From positions 1 to 43,967 of IMG/VR virus record IMGVR_UViG_3300037473_000101: a stretch of 43,967 bases of DNA; one strand, 5' to 3'. The notes under the pieces were generated by a model, which was given only the letters and a program-made list of their open reading frames with translations, was not told where the DNA came from and made no database searches. Positions 31,544-40,284 of the stretch are shown here, piece by piece. A program made the position numbers and the translations under genes. The stretch comes from a virus. Each line of letters opens with the position of its first letter. Position 1 is the stretch's first letter.

Positions 31544-32653
31544 TCATGGGTGATGATCCGGGCCTTCTCGGCACGTCTCCGTTCGGTTAGGGGAACCGCA
31601 GACTTCGCAGGCGCCGCCTCCGAGAACAGCGTAGTGTGGCTTCCCGTCCTGGGGTGCTAGGCGGTCGATGATGGCGAGGAAAGCCGCAATCTCCGGACCA
31701 ACTATTGCGCCGCCGTTTCCCATTTCCGCTCGCATCCAATCGAGCAGCTTGCACTCCGCCTCGCTCAACCTCTGCGGCGGGTTGTGGCGCTGGAGGATCT
31801 CCAGGATATCGGCTCGGACTTCGCACCATGTCACATCGTCCGCCGAGAACTTCCGCTGAGACCAGTCCTTAAAGCGGCGGTAAATCCGCGTCATGATCTC
31901 ATCGATCTCTGCCGCTTTCTTCTCCCACCCGTCTGCCGGGGCGGGGAAGGGGAAATGCGCCGCCGGATAATCGCAATTCGGGCACTTATTAAACCACCCA
32001 TCCGGTGCGGAAGGTGGGGCGGGTTGAGGGGCTGAGGAGAGCCGGGTGAGGAGCGCGGCGGCTTCACGTTTAAGCGCGACTTCCTTCGCAAGCAGCTCGT
32101 CTCCATGCTGATACAGCGCGATGCCAAGGTCGCAGCATTCCACAGCGACACGCTCCATCCCAACACCGTTGTCAACGTAGTGGTATGGGTCACGCCCGCA
32201 GAATGAACAGACCGGCCCGTGGCTTTCGTCCGGGCACAGCCGCGTCACCATCTCCCGTACTTCTGCATCGAACTCAGCCGCCAGTCCATCCAGGGCGGGT
32301 TGAGGGGCGCTCTGGGTGGCGCGGGCTTTGCGCACCATGTCAAGGACATCACAGCGAACCTCGTAAGATGAGATCGGTGGATTGTCGCGGTGAAGCTGCG
32401 TAAAATACTCAACGATCTCGTCAACCGTTGCCGCCTCCCGCTCCCCTTCCACGGCTGCCTGGGATGCTGCGTTGAGACGGTTCCACACGGCGATGGCTTC
32501 GGCTGGCGTCTCGTAGAATGCCGTCGAGGCAAGGCAGGCGGTGCACGCGGCCCTCGCCAGGTTGGCGAAATGCTCTGACCCGCAGTCCTTCAAGATGATC
32601 GCGCGACCTTCGCACTCGCACGGCTCCAGTTCGTTGCTATGGTCGCTCGGCAT
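31544..32653 (-). CDS. Multi-domain Cys-rich protein with an N-terminal Lar-family (restriction-alleviation) domain
   Basis: LEPCECEGRAIILKDCG...ACTACLASTAFYETPAEAIAVWNR matches the Lar hallmark (Cys pairs plus EAIxxWNxR). Internal repeats DEIVEYFTQLHRDNPP / DEIMTRIYRRFKDW. ATG at 32653 after AAGGAGCCCCCA. Confidence 0.55.
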   Translation of the reverse strand: MPSDHSNELEPCECEGRAIILKDCGSEHFANLARAACTACLASTAFYETPAEAIAVWNRLNAASQAAVEGEREAATVDEIVEYFTQLHRDNPPISSYEVRCDVLDMVRKARATQSAPQPALDGLAAEFDAEVREMVTRLCPDESHGPVCSFCGRDPYHYVDNGVGMERVAVECCDLGIALYQHGDELLAKEVALKREAAALLTRLSSAPQPAPPSAPDGWFNKCPNCDYPAAHFPFPAPADGWEKKAAEIDEIMTRIYRRFKDWSQRKFSADDVTWCEVRADILEILQRHNPPQRLSEAECKLLDWMRAEMGNGGAIVGPEIAAFLAIIDRLAPQDGKPHYAVLGGGACEVCGSPNRTETCREGPDHHP

Positions 32654-33191
32654 TGGGGGCTCCTTGGGAGAGGGCTTCGCGTGCGCGCACGTTGATGCGC
32701 AGTAAGTCGTGATCAAGAACAACGACCAGCAACCGCTTATCTTCAGGAACTTGATCGCGTGTCTCCCGCGTGATTGCGACGATCTCCTCCAGCGCCTTGC
32801 GGGCTTCGGATAGGGCTTGCTCGGCTGCTTCCTGGCAGGCTCGGGCTTCGTTCCGTTCCGTCTGCCAACTTTCCATTTCGCGTTGAAGCGCCCTGCAATC
32901 GGCTTCGTGGACGCGTTGAAGTGCTTTCACGCCCGCATCATGGCGCGCTACGTCCAGGCCCAGGGCTTCGAGGCGGTCAGTCTGTTCGTCAGCCTGCTCT
33001 GAAAGAGCGCACGAGCGACCGAGAGCCCCCGCGTATTTGTCCCTCAGGTCCGTCAACTCCTTCTCAAGGGCTTCGATGCGGTCGGCGCCCCCATAAAGCG
33101 CAACCGCCATCTTGGAAGTCGGCACGTAATCGTCCGCGATCCCTCGCAGTCTCGCCACAAGATCCTGGCGCGGGTCGGCCTTATCGGTCAT
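32637..33191 (-). CDS. Coiled-coil protein (184 aa)
   Basis: ORF with an ATG start and heptad-rich sequence. Confidence 0.6.
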   Translation of the reverse strand: MTDKADPRQDLVARLRGIADDYVPTSKMAVALYGGADRIEALEKELTDLRDKYAGALGRSCALSEQADEQTDRLEALGLDVARHDAGVKALQRVHEADCRALQREMESWQTERNEARACQEAAEQALSEARKALEEIVAITRETRDQVPEDKRLLVVVLDHDLLRINVRAREALSQGAPNAERP

Positions 33192-33406
33192 GGCTGGACC
33201 TCTCCGAAGGTCAGTGGAAGCTTAAAGCGCTTGTTCACCGCTCGTCGCGCCAGGGCAGCGGACTTCCATTCCCCGGGGAAATCCGCCCACCATTGGCCCT
33301 TGGCGATCGGATAGATGCCGCAGACATAGGCCCCATTTGCCAGCAGCTTCCGCCCCTTCCACTGCATGGTGGCCTTGACCGTCTTCATCTTCCCAGCCTT
33401 ATTCAT
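33188..33406 (-). CDS. Hypothetical protein (72 aa)
   Basis: ATGA-type overlap on both sides. Confidence 0.55.
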   Translation of the reverse strand: MNKAGKMKTVKATMQWKGRKLLANGAYVCGIYPIAKGQWWADFPGEWKSAALARRAVNKRFKLPLTFGEVQP

Positions 33407-33726
33407 GCTGATTTCCTCTCATGCTTCAATCGGTCCTTCACGGGTGCGACTAGTCCCATCTCCACCATCGCAGTCAGGGTCAGGACAATCGCTTCATCCA
33501 TGCGCGCTCTGCGCTGGTCTCTCGTCATGTCGGGGCCGTTGTCGATGTCGTGATGGCATTCGAGACACAGGGCGGCAGTCTGGCAGTCATCGGTTTTGAT
33601 CCCCATGCCCTTGCCCTTGTTTCGATGCGCCACCTGTGCAGGCTTGCCGCAGAACACACAGGGGATCTGCGCAACGGCAGCAAGCCATTCCGAGCAGCGA
33701 TAGACTGTGCGCTTGAAATTGCTCAC
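33403..33726 (-). CDS. DUF1364 / YbcO-like Cys/His-rich putative nuclease
   Basis: CVFCGKPAQVAHRNKGKGMGIKTDDCQTAALCLECHHDID. Confidence 0.5.
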   Translation of the reverse strand: MSNFKRTVYRCSEWLAAVAQIPCVFCGKPAQVAHRNKGKGMGIKTDDCQTAALCLECHHDIDNGPDMTRDQRRARMDEAIVLTLTAMVEMGLVAPVKDRLKHERKSA

Positions 33727-34208
33727 CGGACTTCCGCCATCCTTCCTGTTGCCTCATAGAAGTTCGTCACGAGCTGATCCCACTTCTTCCCTGCAACCCT
33801 GTCTTCGCTGAGTTCGGATCGGGAGGTGACGCCGCAGAGACGGCGCACGGCTTCGGCGGCCTCCGTCACGTCCGGGAGCGGATGAGCGACGCTCAGCCAT
33901 AGACAAAAGCCGTCGTCATTGCAGAGGATGCCTGCCTGTTGTGCTCTCGAAATCTGGTGGAAAGGAGTTCGCGGCTTCCCGGGCTCGCCGCGCTGTTGAC
34001 CAGTAGGCAAGGCGGGCGATGCACCGCTCCCGGGACTGGCTTTCCCTGTCTCTGCATCGTAGGGGACCATCGCCACGCCGAACGCTTGACCGAGAGGAGC
34101 GGCGGCAAGGTCGGCCCAATCGCTATCCGGACCGATCTCAAGGGTGATGTAAAATCCCTTCGATGAGCGGCGGAAGGCGTTCAGCTTGGCGTCGAGTTGG
34201 ATGGGCAT
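33723..34208 (-). CDS. Hypothetical protein (161 aa)
   Basis: ORF with an ATG start, adjacent to ssb. Confidence 0.6.
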   Translation of the reverse strand: MPIQLDAKLNAFRRSSKGFYITLEIGPDSDWADLAAAPLGQAFGVAMVPYDAETGKASPGSGASPALPTGQQRGEPGKPRTPFHQISRAQQAGILCNDDGFCLWLSVAHPLPDVTEAAEAVRRLCGVTSRSELSEDRVAGKKWDQLVTNFYEATGRMAEVR

Positions 34209-34582
34209 TACCAGGGCTGCTCCTCTTGCTTCTCGCCCTTGCCGTCGAGCATGACCAGCTCACCGCGGAACTGCTGCAATACGACCTCCGTCGTGTATTG
34301 GTCGTGCCCGTCCTTCTCCCACTTGCGAGTTTGCAGGGAGCCCTCCAGGTAGACCTTGGAACCCTTCTTCAGGTATTTCTCGGCGACTTCGCTGAGCCGG
34401 TCATTGAAGATTACGACGCGGTGCCACTCCGTCTTTTCCTTTCGGTCGCCGGAGTTTTTGTCCTTCCAGCTTTCAGATGTCGCGATGGAAAGGTTGGCGA
34501 TCTTCTTGCCGTCCTGCGTCGTGCGGATCTCCGGGTCACGGCCCAGATTGCCCACGAGGGTCACTTTGTTCACGCTGCTCAT
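34208..34582 (-). CDS. ssb: Single-stranded DNA-binding protein
   Basis: [42 protein letters not shown]...EWHRVVIF...[17 protein letters not shown], with an acidic C-terminal tail ending EEQPW. Confidence 0.9.
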   Translation of the reverse strand: MSSVNKVTLVGNLGRDPEIRTTQDGKKIANLSIATSESWKDKNSGDRKEKTEWHRVVIFNDRLSEVAEKYLKKGSKVYLEGSLQTRKWEKDGHDQYTTEVVLQQFRGELVMLDGKGEKQEEQPW

Positions 34583-35286
34583 GCGATCTCCGCGAAAAGG
34601 TTGTCGATGTTGTCCGCGGCCTTCGGACTGACGAGACGAAGCTCTTTGATCGCCGCTTCGTTGAGCCGGTAATGCTCCTGTCGGACTTCCTTGGAAAGTT
34701 GGCGCGCTCGGTTGATGAAGACGTTGGTGAACACCTTGGCCGTGTCCGGTAGCCATTCCTGCGGCTTCGGGACGACAACAGGCGCCGGGCCATCTTGCTT
34801 CGGCGGCGCCTCCTCTGCCTTCTTCTCGGGGGACAGAGGCTCACCGGAGAGCAGCCGGCGCAAGCGGCGGTATTCGTGTTCCTTGATCTTGTAGGACTTG
34901 CCCATGGGCTCGATTTCAACCCAAGGCGGGTCCACGTCGTACAGGTATCGCCCCACGCCCCACTTGACGGCCGCGCGTTTGAAGGCGTCAGAGAGCGCAC
35001 CTTTCTCCGCCTCAACGTCGGTATCCCCGGCTCCATCGGACTTCCATATCCACTCGCCCCCGAGCCGGAGGCCGATTTCGCAGACCGTCTTGCCGTTGGC
35101 ATGGGGGAAGCGGTTCTGCCAGTTCTCCGCACCCATCACATCGTCAAGGCGGTCCTGCACGTCGCGGCTATCGATGTAGGCGAGCGCGAGGCCCTTGGTG
35201 TTCTCCTTGTTCTTGGAGCCGATGCGCCACGACACACGATCAGCGGGGAAGGGGGCGCGGAGTTGCGTCAACCGGTTATCCATCAT
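34579..35286 (-). CDS. Rad52/22-family single-strand annealing protein
   Basis: [24 protein letters not shown]...[25 protein letters not shown]. Confidence 0.8.
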   Translation of the reverse strand: MMDNRLTQLRAPFPADRVSWRIGSKNKENTKGLALAYIDSRDVQDRLDDVMGAENWQNRFPHANGKTVCEIGLRLGGEWIWKSDGAGDTDVEAEKGALSDAFKRAAVKWGVGRYLYDVDPPWVEIEPMGKSYKIKEHEYRRLRRLLSGEPLSPEKKAEEAPPKQDGPAPVVVPKPQEWLPDTAKVFTNVFINRARQLSKEVRQEHYRLNEAAIKELRLVSPKAADNIDNLFAEIA

Positions 35287-35786
35287 CGCACCGTGATCGT
35301 CACTGATTTGCCCCCATTGGGGAGCTGAGCGCCTTCGATCTTCTCGCCGGACTCCAGCGCATCGCGGAGGCGGCGCTTGTCCAACTTCGGATCGGCATCG
35401 TTGAAGTATTGCTTCGGGATCTTTGTGGGATCGGCTACAATGACGCCGCGTCCCCCGTCGCGCAGACCAAGCGTCATGTTCGGTCCTTCGACCTTCTCAA
35501 GCTGGAGGTTCTGCATGGTGGCGGTGACGACGCGGCGCTTCTTCTCGGCCCGCTCTCCAAGCCGGGAAGCGCGCTCCTGAAGCTCTTTGACGCGGAGCCT
35601 GATTGCGTCCACGAAATACTCGTCTTGAAGGGCGCTCTCGGCGATCTCCAGCAAGCATTCCTCAACATCGGTCTCGGACTGCATCACCTCGACCAGCTTG
35701 ACCGCATCGAAGCTCTCAGCCTCTAAACTTCTCTTGAGCCAAGCCCATTTCTCCAGCTCGGCGGACAGTCTGACTTGCTGGTTCAT
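35283..35786 (-). CDS. Gp157-like (siphovirus Gp157 family) protein
   Basis: Coiled-coil N-terminus and TKIPKQYF...D...KLDKRRLRDAL pattern. Adjacent to the annealase, as is usual for this family. Confidence 0.5.
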   Translation of the reverse strand: MNQQVRLSAELEKWAWLKRSLEAESFDAVKLVEVMQSETDVEECLLEIAESALQDEYFVDAIRLRVKELQERASRLGERAEKKRRVVTATMQNLQLEKVEGPNMTLGLRDGGRGVIVADPTKIPKQYFNDADPKLDKRRLRDALESGEKIEGAQLPNGGKSVTITVR

Positions 35787-36004
35787 GACCGCACCGCGTC
35801 CACGAGCTGCTGCCTGTGTTCTTCGGCCGCCTGTGCCTGGCGTTCGCAGATGGCGAAGTGCTCTAGGTTCTTCCTGCACCATTCCAACTGCTTCGGCCCC
35901 AAGCTTCCGGTCCTGATCTTCATCGTCTCCCCATTCCCAGGAGCAGAGAGGACAGGGACCTTGAGTACCTGGGCCATGCGTGAGGAGGGGATTACGTCGG
36001 TCAT
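35783..36004 (-). CDS. Hypothetical protein (73 aa)
   Basis: ATG at 36004 (MTDVIPSS...). Overlapping stop/start on both sides. Confidence 0.5.
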   Translation of the reverse strand: MTDVIPSSRMAQVLKVPVLSAPGNGETMKIRTGSLGPKQLEWCRKNLEHFAICERQAQAAEEHRQQLVDAVRS

Positions 36005-36159
36005 GGGTTGAATCCTTCCGTGTCTGCCAAGGTGGCGCGGATCGACCGCAGTTCCTGCTCTCGCAGCGGAATCTTCTCCGTGCGATGCCAGATCAGAATG
36101 TCCTTCAGCTCTTGGCGCAGCAGCTCGATTGCCTTGTTCTTCGTCATCTTTGGCTTCAT
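36001..36159 (-). CDS. Hypothetical protein (52 aa)
   Basis: MKPKMTKNKAIELLRQELKDILIW... ATGA coupling. Confidence 0.45.
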   Translation of the reverse strand: MKPKMTKNKAIELLRQELKDILIWHRTEKIPLREQELRSIRATLADTEGFNP

Positions 36160-36293
36160 GACGCTCCCCAAGCAGCAACGAAGACCACGACAAAGTCGGT
36201 AAACAGGAGCCCCGCTAGAACGAGATGAAACAGGTCGCTCTCGGTGAGGGCTCCGAACGCCACGGCGGCGGGGATGAGGCTGTCGGGGGTCAT
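36156..36293 (-). CDS. Small membrane protein (45 aa)
   Basis: MTPDSLIPAAVAFGALTESDLFHLVLAGLLFTDFVVVFVAAWGAS. ATGA coupling on both sides. Confidence 0.4.
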   Translation of the reverse strand: MTPDSLIPAAVAFGALTESDLFHLVLAGLLFTDFVVVFVAAWGAS

Positions 36294-36841
36294 GCCACGG
36301 CTCCTTCGCCATCTTCTTCGATGACTTCCTGGTACGGCGCGCTCCGGACGGGCATCAGCAGACCGTCTCCCTCGTCAAAGGCGAAGAACATCGGCTCATG
36401 CTGGTTGCTTGAGTTGGCGCAGCGGAGTCCTGGAAGAGCGAGAAGTTGCCGGATATACTTCTCCTGGAACAGGTTGCCGCGCATCGACACAACGCGGTAG
36501 CGGTCGTCTGCAACCTTCATTGTGCCGTTGCAGGTCGGGCAGACACAGTGGCAAGTGGGGCACGAGTGAACCTGCCCGCCGTCGCAATCATCGCATTCCT
36601 TTTCTGCCGGTGCAGGAAGGGAAATCCTGACCGGCGAAAGATCGGTGACAGCGTGGGCCTCGAACAACTTCGGCGCGTTGGGCGCGGCGTCACTCTCAGG
36701 AATATCAGCGCGAGACCGCACGCGAACGATGATGTGGCCGTTCGACGCATAAGCCTTATCGCCAACCGCCCATGGCCGCAGAAGCGCAGGGCGCCCGGGG
36801 TCAGTGCTGCAAAACTGCTGGAGGTCAATCATCTGTCTCAT
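36290..36841 (-). CDS. Hypothetical protein with a CxxC-cluster zinc-finger segment (183 aa)
   Basis: CDDCDGGQVHSCPTCHCVCPTCNGT. Confidence 0.6.
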   Translation of the reverse strand: MRQMIDLQQFCSTDPGRPALLRPWAVGDKAYASNGHIIVRVRSRADIPESDAAPNAPKLFEAHAVTDLSPVRISLPAPAEKECDDCDGGQVHSCPTCHCVCPTCNGTMKVADDRYRVVSMRGNLFQEKYIRQLLALPGLRCANSSNQHEPMFFAFDEGDGLLMPVRSAPYQEVIEEDGEGAVA

Positions 36842-36862
36842 CCTCTCAGGTGCTTATGGCGG

Positions 36863-37096
36863 TTAGGTGTTCTGGGGTTGGGGTGAGGGGGTGGGCTGCT
36901 CATCCTTGAACCAGCAGAAACGCTCGCGCGGCCAGTGGATGTAGTGGTGCTCGCCGCCGGTCGGCTTGTCGTATTGGCTGATCACCAGCACCGTGTTCCC
37001 CGCCGTCCAGAAGAACGTTTTTACGCGCTCATAGACAACCTGAACCGTGCTGTCGTCGCGGTAGAGCGTGAGCTTGCGTTCCTTGCGATCGGTCAT
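36863..37096 (-). CDS. Hypothetical protein (77 aa)
   Basis: ORF with an ATG start in the early block. Confidence 0.6.
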   Translation of the reverse strand: MTDRKERKLTLYRDDSTVQVVYERVKTFFWTAGNTVLVISQYDKPTGGEHHYIHWPRERFCWFKDEQPTPSPQPQNT

Positions 37097-37143
37097 CGTT
37101 CATCCTTCTCTCTCCCACCCCCGATACGGGAGGCGGGGTTGGG

Positions 37144-37572
37144 TTACGCGGTGTGATCAGCGACGAACTTGCGAATCCGCTTGGCGACTTGCTTGGGGGT
37201 GGGGTTGCGCTTCTCGTCCGGGTACTGCCAATCCGCGAACAGATATTCGGCATCGTTGGCGTGAATGGAAAAGAACGCCGTGGCTGCGCCGAAATCAGAG
37301 TGGCCCTTGTACGAGACCTGCTCGAACTCAACGTCGGTTTTGAGTCCGCGCTTCCGAAACCACGGGTGAAACCCCGCGAACCCCATGGCGCACGCCACGG
37401 TGCCGCAGCCCGCTTGGATACCCACATAGCCCATGGATTTGTAGACCTTGGCCTCGCTCCCCCAGGTGCCCATGCAAAAGCTGATTTTGCCGTCCTGCGG
37501 GACCTTGAGCGAGCGACCGTCAGAGCATCGCTCCAACTCACTCGCCAACTTCAAAAGCCTTTCCTTATTCAT
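37144..37572 (-). CDS. Hypothetical protein (142 aa)
   Basis: ORF with an ATG start in the early block. Confidence 0.6.
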   Translation of the reverse strand: MNKERLLKLASELERCSDGRSLKVPQDGKISFCMGTWGSEAKVYKSMGYVGIQAGCGTVACAMGFAGFHPWFRKRGLKTDVEFEQVSYKGHSDFGAATAFFSIHANDAEYLFADWQYPDEKRNPTPKQVAKRIRKFVADHTA

Positions 37573-37593
37573 TCTCTCATCTCCGATCCTGGG

Positions 37594-37833
37594 TTACGCG
37601 GTGGGGTCTGCCTTGGCGAGGGCGGCGCGCTGCTTGTGGCTCGTGGTATTCCATTCGAGCGAACAGCCGCACGGGCATGAGGTGATGTAGACCCCGCACT
37701 TCCGGCAGTGGTCCTCGCTCCAGCCGGAACAGCCTTCCGCGCCGCCGCAATACCCCGATGCCGAATAGTCGGTGAAATCGTGCGGGCACGCTTCGACGCG
37801 GCGCCAAAATTCTTCATCGAACTGTTTTGACAT
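37594..37833 (-). CDS. Cys-rich hypothetical protein (79 aa)
   Basis: CPHDF...YCGGAEGCSGW...HCRKCGVYITSCPCGCS. Confidence 0.55.
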   Translation of the reverse strand: MSKQFDEEFWRRVEACPHDFTDYSASGYCGGAEGCSGWSEDHCRKCGVYITSCPCGCSLEWNTTSHKQRAALAKADPTA

Positions 37834-37871
37834 CTTCTTTCTCTCCTCCCTTTCAGGGGGTACGGTGATGT

Positions 37872-38504
37872 TCAGGCGGACTGCACATTGGTGGCGATGA
37901 ACTCGGCGTAGGCCGGCGGGATTGCCTGCGAGAGTTCCCGCCGGTTCATCCAGTCGATCCCCATTACTTCCTGCGCGTGCTTTAAATTCAGCGGCTTCCT
38001 TGAAATGCCGCCCCGGGTAGATTTGCGCACCCCCTTAAAGGGGCCGCCCGTCCCCGTCACGTCGATCGGCTTAGGACATAGCGAGTGGTTGCATTGAGGG
38101 CTCAACAACAACGGCTCGCTGGTCTCGAAGCGACGATGCCGCCAAACGCCAAGCCCGAACATTGAGCCGCAGAGGGTCACCGGATTGCGGAGATCCGAGC
38201 CCACGACGTTCTCGATCGCCCACGGGCGCCCGCTCTCGCGGAGCATCTCCCGGACCGGATCTATCAGCTTGCCGCGCTTTCCCTTCGCTAAGCTCTTGAG
38301 GGCGGAATAGTCTTGGCATGGCGGGCTTGCCCAGATGAAGTCGAAGCGCGAGAGATCGAATGGCGGCTTCAGCGCGTCAGCCTGGACAAAGGCATCACCG
38401 CAATAGTTCGGCTGCGGCTCGATATCGACTCCGACCACAAAGAACCCTGCACGTTGCAGCCCCCTGGTGGCCCCGCCGGCTTTGCAGAAAAGATCAAGAG
38501 CCAT
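37872..38504 (-). CDS. DNA (cytosine-5)-methyltransferase, short phage type
   Basis: Motif I DLFCKAGGATRG, motif IV SPPCQDYS, motif VI ENV, and C-terminal QAIPP. ATG at 38504, with an alternative GTG at 38522. Confidence 0.8.
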   Translation of the reverse strand: MALDLFCKAGGATRGLQRAGFFVVGVDIEPQPNYCGDAFVQADALKPPFDLSRFDFIWASPPCQDYSALKSLAKGKRGKLIDPVREMLRESGRPWAIENVVGSDLRNPVTLCGSMFGLGVWRHRRFETSEPLLLSPQCNHSLCPKPIDVTGTGGPFKGVRKSTRGGISRKPLNLKHAQEVMGIDWMNRRELSQAIPPAYAEFIATNVQSA

Positions 38505-38509
38505 CGGCT

Positions 38510-38641
38510 TCACTCTACGCACTCCAACTCAACGTCTTCGCCGTCCTGGCCGGTGCCTTCGCAGTCCGGGCAGACATCAAGATGATCGTCGGGGTCAATT
38601 CCGGAGCCGCCGCACCGCTCACAAGGGCCAACCATCATCAT
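38510..38641 (-). CDS. DnaJ-type zinc-finger mini-protein (43 aa)
   Basis: MMMVGPCERCGGSGIDPDDHLDVCPDCEGTG (CxxCxGxG twice). Under the ORF-track cutoff. Confidence 0.4.
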   Translation of the reverse strand: MMMVGPCERCGGSGIDPDDHLDVCPDCEGTGQDGEDVELECVE

Positions 38642-38644
38642 TGC

Positions 38645-38866
38645 TCACTCGTTCTTGAGCTTCATTGCGCCTGCGATGCCCTTCAAATTCTCAAGGGCCG
38701 CGAGGATGTCGAAAGCCTCGTTGCTGTCCTCGTCCTTCAGAAGCAGAGCACAAGCCTCCTCGCAGTCCCGGAGGAGGTCGCGAACGTCCCCCCAGGTGAT
38801 CGCCGCCTCGCTCATCTGCTGGCGCTCTCTGTGAAGGCTGTTGAGGATGTGGGTCTGGGAGGTCAT
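38645..38866 (-). CDS. Hypothetical protein (73 aa)
   Basis: ATG at 38866 preceded by GAGGAGACCCCC. Confidence 0.55.
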   Translation of the reverse strand: MTSQTHILNSLHRERQQMSEAAITWGDVRDLLRDCEEACALLLKDEDSNEAFDILAALENLKGIAGAMKLKNE

Positions 38867-38876
38867 GGGGGTCTCC

Positions 38877-39224
38877 TCAGGCGGACTCTGCCGCGATTGC
38901 AACAAGGCGGTCGTATTGGGCGATGACCTGCTTGTCGCCAGCGAAGTAGCGGCGGGTCCACTCTTTGTCGCCGCGCAGGGTCGAAAGCGCCCTCGCAGCC
39001 TCAGTGGCGGACATGGGCGCGGATGGCGCAGCGTTCCACCGCTCAGCGATCTCTCGCGCAATCTCGCCGCTTTTGCCGAAGTTCACCGACACAGCACCGA
39101 TTGTCAGGATCGCATCGCCGCCCCACGAGTAGCCGTTGCCGTCATGGCATGGAGTGAATGAAACGGTTGCTTTCGTGTCGCTCATATCCATCACGGCTTC
39201 AGAGAGAGGGGCGGGGAGAGTCAT
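38877..39224 (-). CDS. Hypothetical protein (115 aa)
   Basis: ATG at 39224 preceded by AGGAGATCCCCC. Confidence 0.55.
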   Translation of the reverse strand: MTLPAPLSEAVMDMSDTKATVSFTPCHDGNGYSWGGDAILTIGAVSVNFGKSGEIAREIAERWNAAPSAPMSATEAARALSTLRGDKEWTRRYFAGDKQVIAQYDRLVAIAAESA

Positions 39225-39234
39225 GGGGGATCTC

Positions 39235-39495
39235 CTACACATATGCTCCGACGAGCCAGAACCGCCGGATGACGCGATACCCGTGGTCGCCACGGCGCTC
39301 GTCCTTTGGGTTGTTGATCGGGACCACGCCTCGGACTGTTGCGAACTTGGAAAGCAGAGACGACCACCGCTCGGCGGATGACCAGCTCGGCGCCTTCACA
39401 ACGATCTGCGAGCCGTAGACCTCGATGCTAAGCGCTGGAATGCCGACGCGGGCGAGCTTCTCTTGCATCTTCTGCTGCGGGGTCTTGTCGCTCAT
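39235..39495 (-). CDS. Hypothetical protein (86 aa)
   Basis: ORF with an ATG start near the 5' end of the early-left operon. Confidence 0.55.
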   Translation of the reverse strand: MSDKTPQQKMQEKLARVGIPALSIEVYGSQIVVKAPSWSSAERWSSLLSKFATVRGVVPINNPKDERRGDHGYRVIRRFWLVGAYV

Positions 39496-39622
39496 CGGGT
39501 CTCTCCCATCGGGTGGCGGTGTTGATGAGAGAGAATGTAGCGATCATCGCACCGAAAGTCAATGCGGAAAACGCAACAATCAAAAATAAGCTCGGTGCGA
39601 TGCGATCTGGATCAATTACCAA
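39428..39622 (-). CDS. Possible small membrane protein (TTG start), uncertain
   Basis: Hydrophobic APSLFLIVAFSALTFGAMIATFSLI. Overlaps the next gene by 68 nt. Non-ATG start. Confidence 0.25.
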   Translation of the reverse strand: MVIDPDRIAPSLFLIVAFSALTFGAMIATFSLINTATRWERPDERQDPAAEDAREARPRRHSSA

Positions 39623-39721
39623 ATCGCTAATAGCCGCTGTGGATTGCGTGAAGAGTTAACCTCGATTAACCCGAATCTCCGCTGGCCCCATCAATCGGAT
39701 GGAACTGGCACCATAGGCAAT

Positions 39722-39753
39722 GGCAGAAACGTCCCATGCCCGACAAGGGACGT
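39722..39753 (-). terminator. Weak terminator-like hairpin downstream of the repressor-like gene
   Basis: ACGTCCC-N11-GGGACGT. On the minus strand it is followed by TTCTGCC. Confidence 0.3.
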
Positions 39754-39822
39754 AGTTCCCAAGTACAAAATGACAGTGCTATGATATGCGAAACTAGGAA
39801 CGGGGAGAGAACATGGACCGCG

Positions 39823-40230
39823 TTAGGTCAGTTCCGGCAGCACCGCTTCCATCTGATCGAGCGCAGAACGGAGATCGGCCAGGCCCTGCCGATCCATCTG
39901 AAAAACAAAGTATCCGCCATTACTTAGGAGAAATACCAGCTCCGGGCGGGGGCCCCTCCCGTGTGTATTGGCGACTACCTTCCGGACCACGGCGGTCCCT
40001 TCGGGTGCCGCGAGGGGCGTAGCGTCGTCCATGGCTATAGGTTCCTGCTGAAGAGCAGCGACTGCCTGCCTAAGGGCTTCGGCCTCGTCGTGCTTAAGTG
40101 CCCGCACGCCGTTAAGAACCTTGCTGATTTTGTCTTTCGCAATACCGGACTGGCGGGCGAGAGAGGCTTGAAATCCCCGCGGCCCTGTTTCGATGGCTTC
40201 CTTTAGCCATTGAGGCGGTCGGTACTGCAT
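39823..40230 (-). CDS. CI-like HTH repressor candidate (no peptidase domain)
   Basis: FQASLARQSGIAKDKISKVLNGVRAL helix-turn-helix. Divergent from the Cro-like gene. ATG at 40230, with alternatives at 40260 and 40263. Confidence 0.6.
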   Translation of the reverse strand: MQYRPPQWLKEAIETGPRGFQASLARQSGIAKDKISKVLNGVRALKHDEAEALRQAVAALQQEPIAMDDATPLAAPEGTAVVRKVVANTHGRGPRPELVFLLSNGGYFVFQMDRQGLADLRSALDQMEAVLPELT

Positions 40231-40284
40231 GCCCCATTGTGGCGCGATTCTGACGTGCATCATATCGCTAAGACCGCACCGATG

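Noticed and set aside
39656-39670. CtrA-box-like TTAACCTCGATTAAC upstream of the early-left operon
   Set aside because: The two TTAA half-sites are separated by 6 nt, whereas the CtrA consensus is TTAA-N7-TTAAC. The spacing is critical, so this is not called as a CtrA site.
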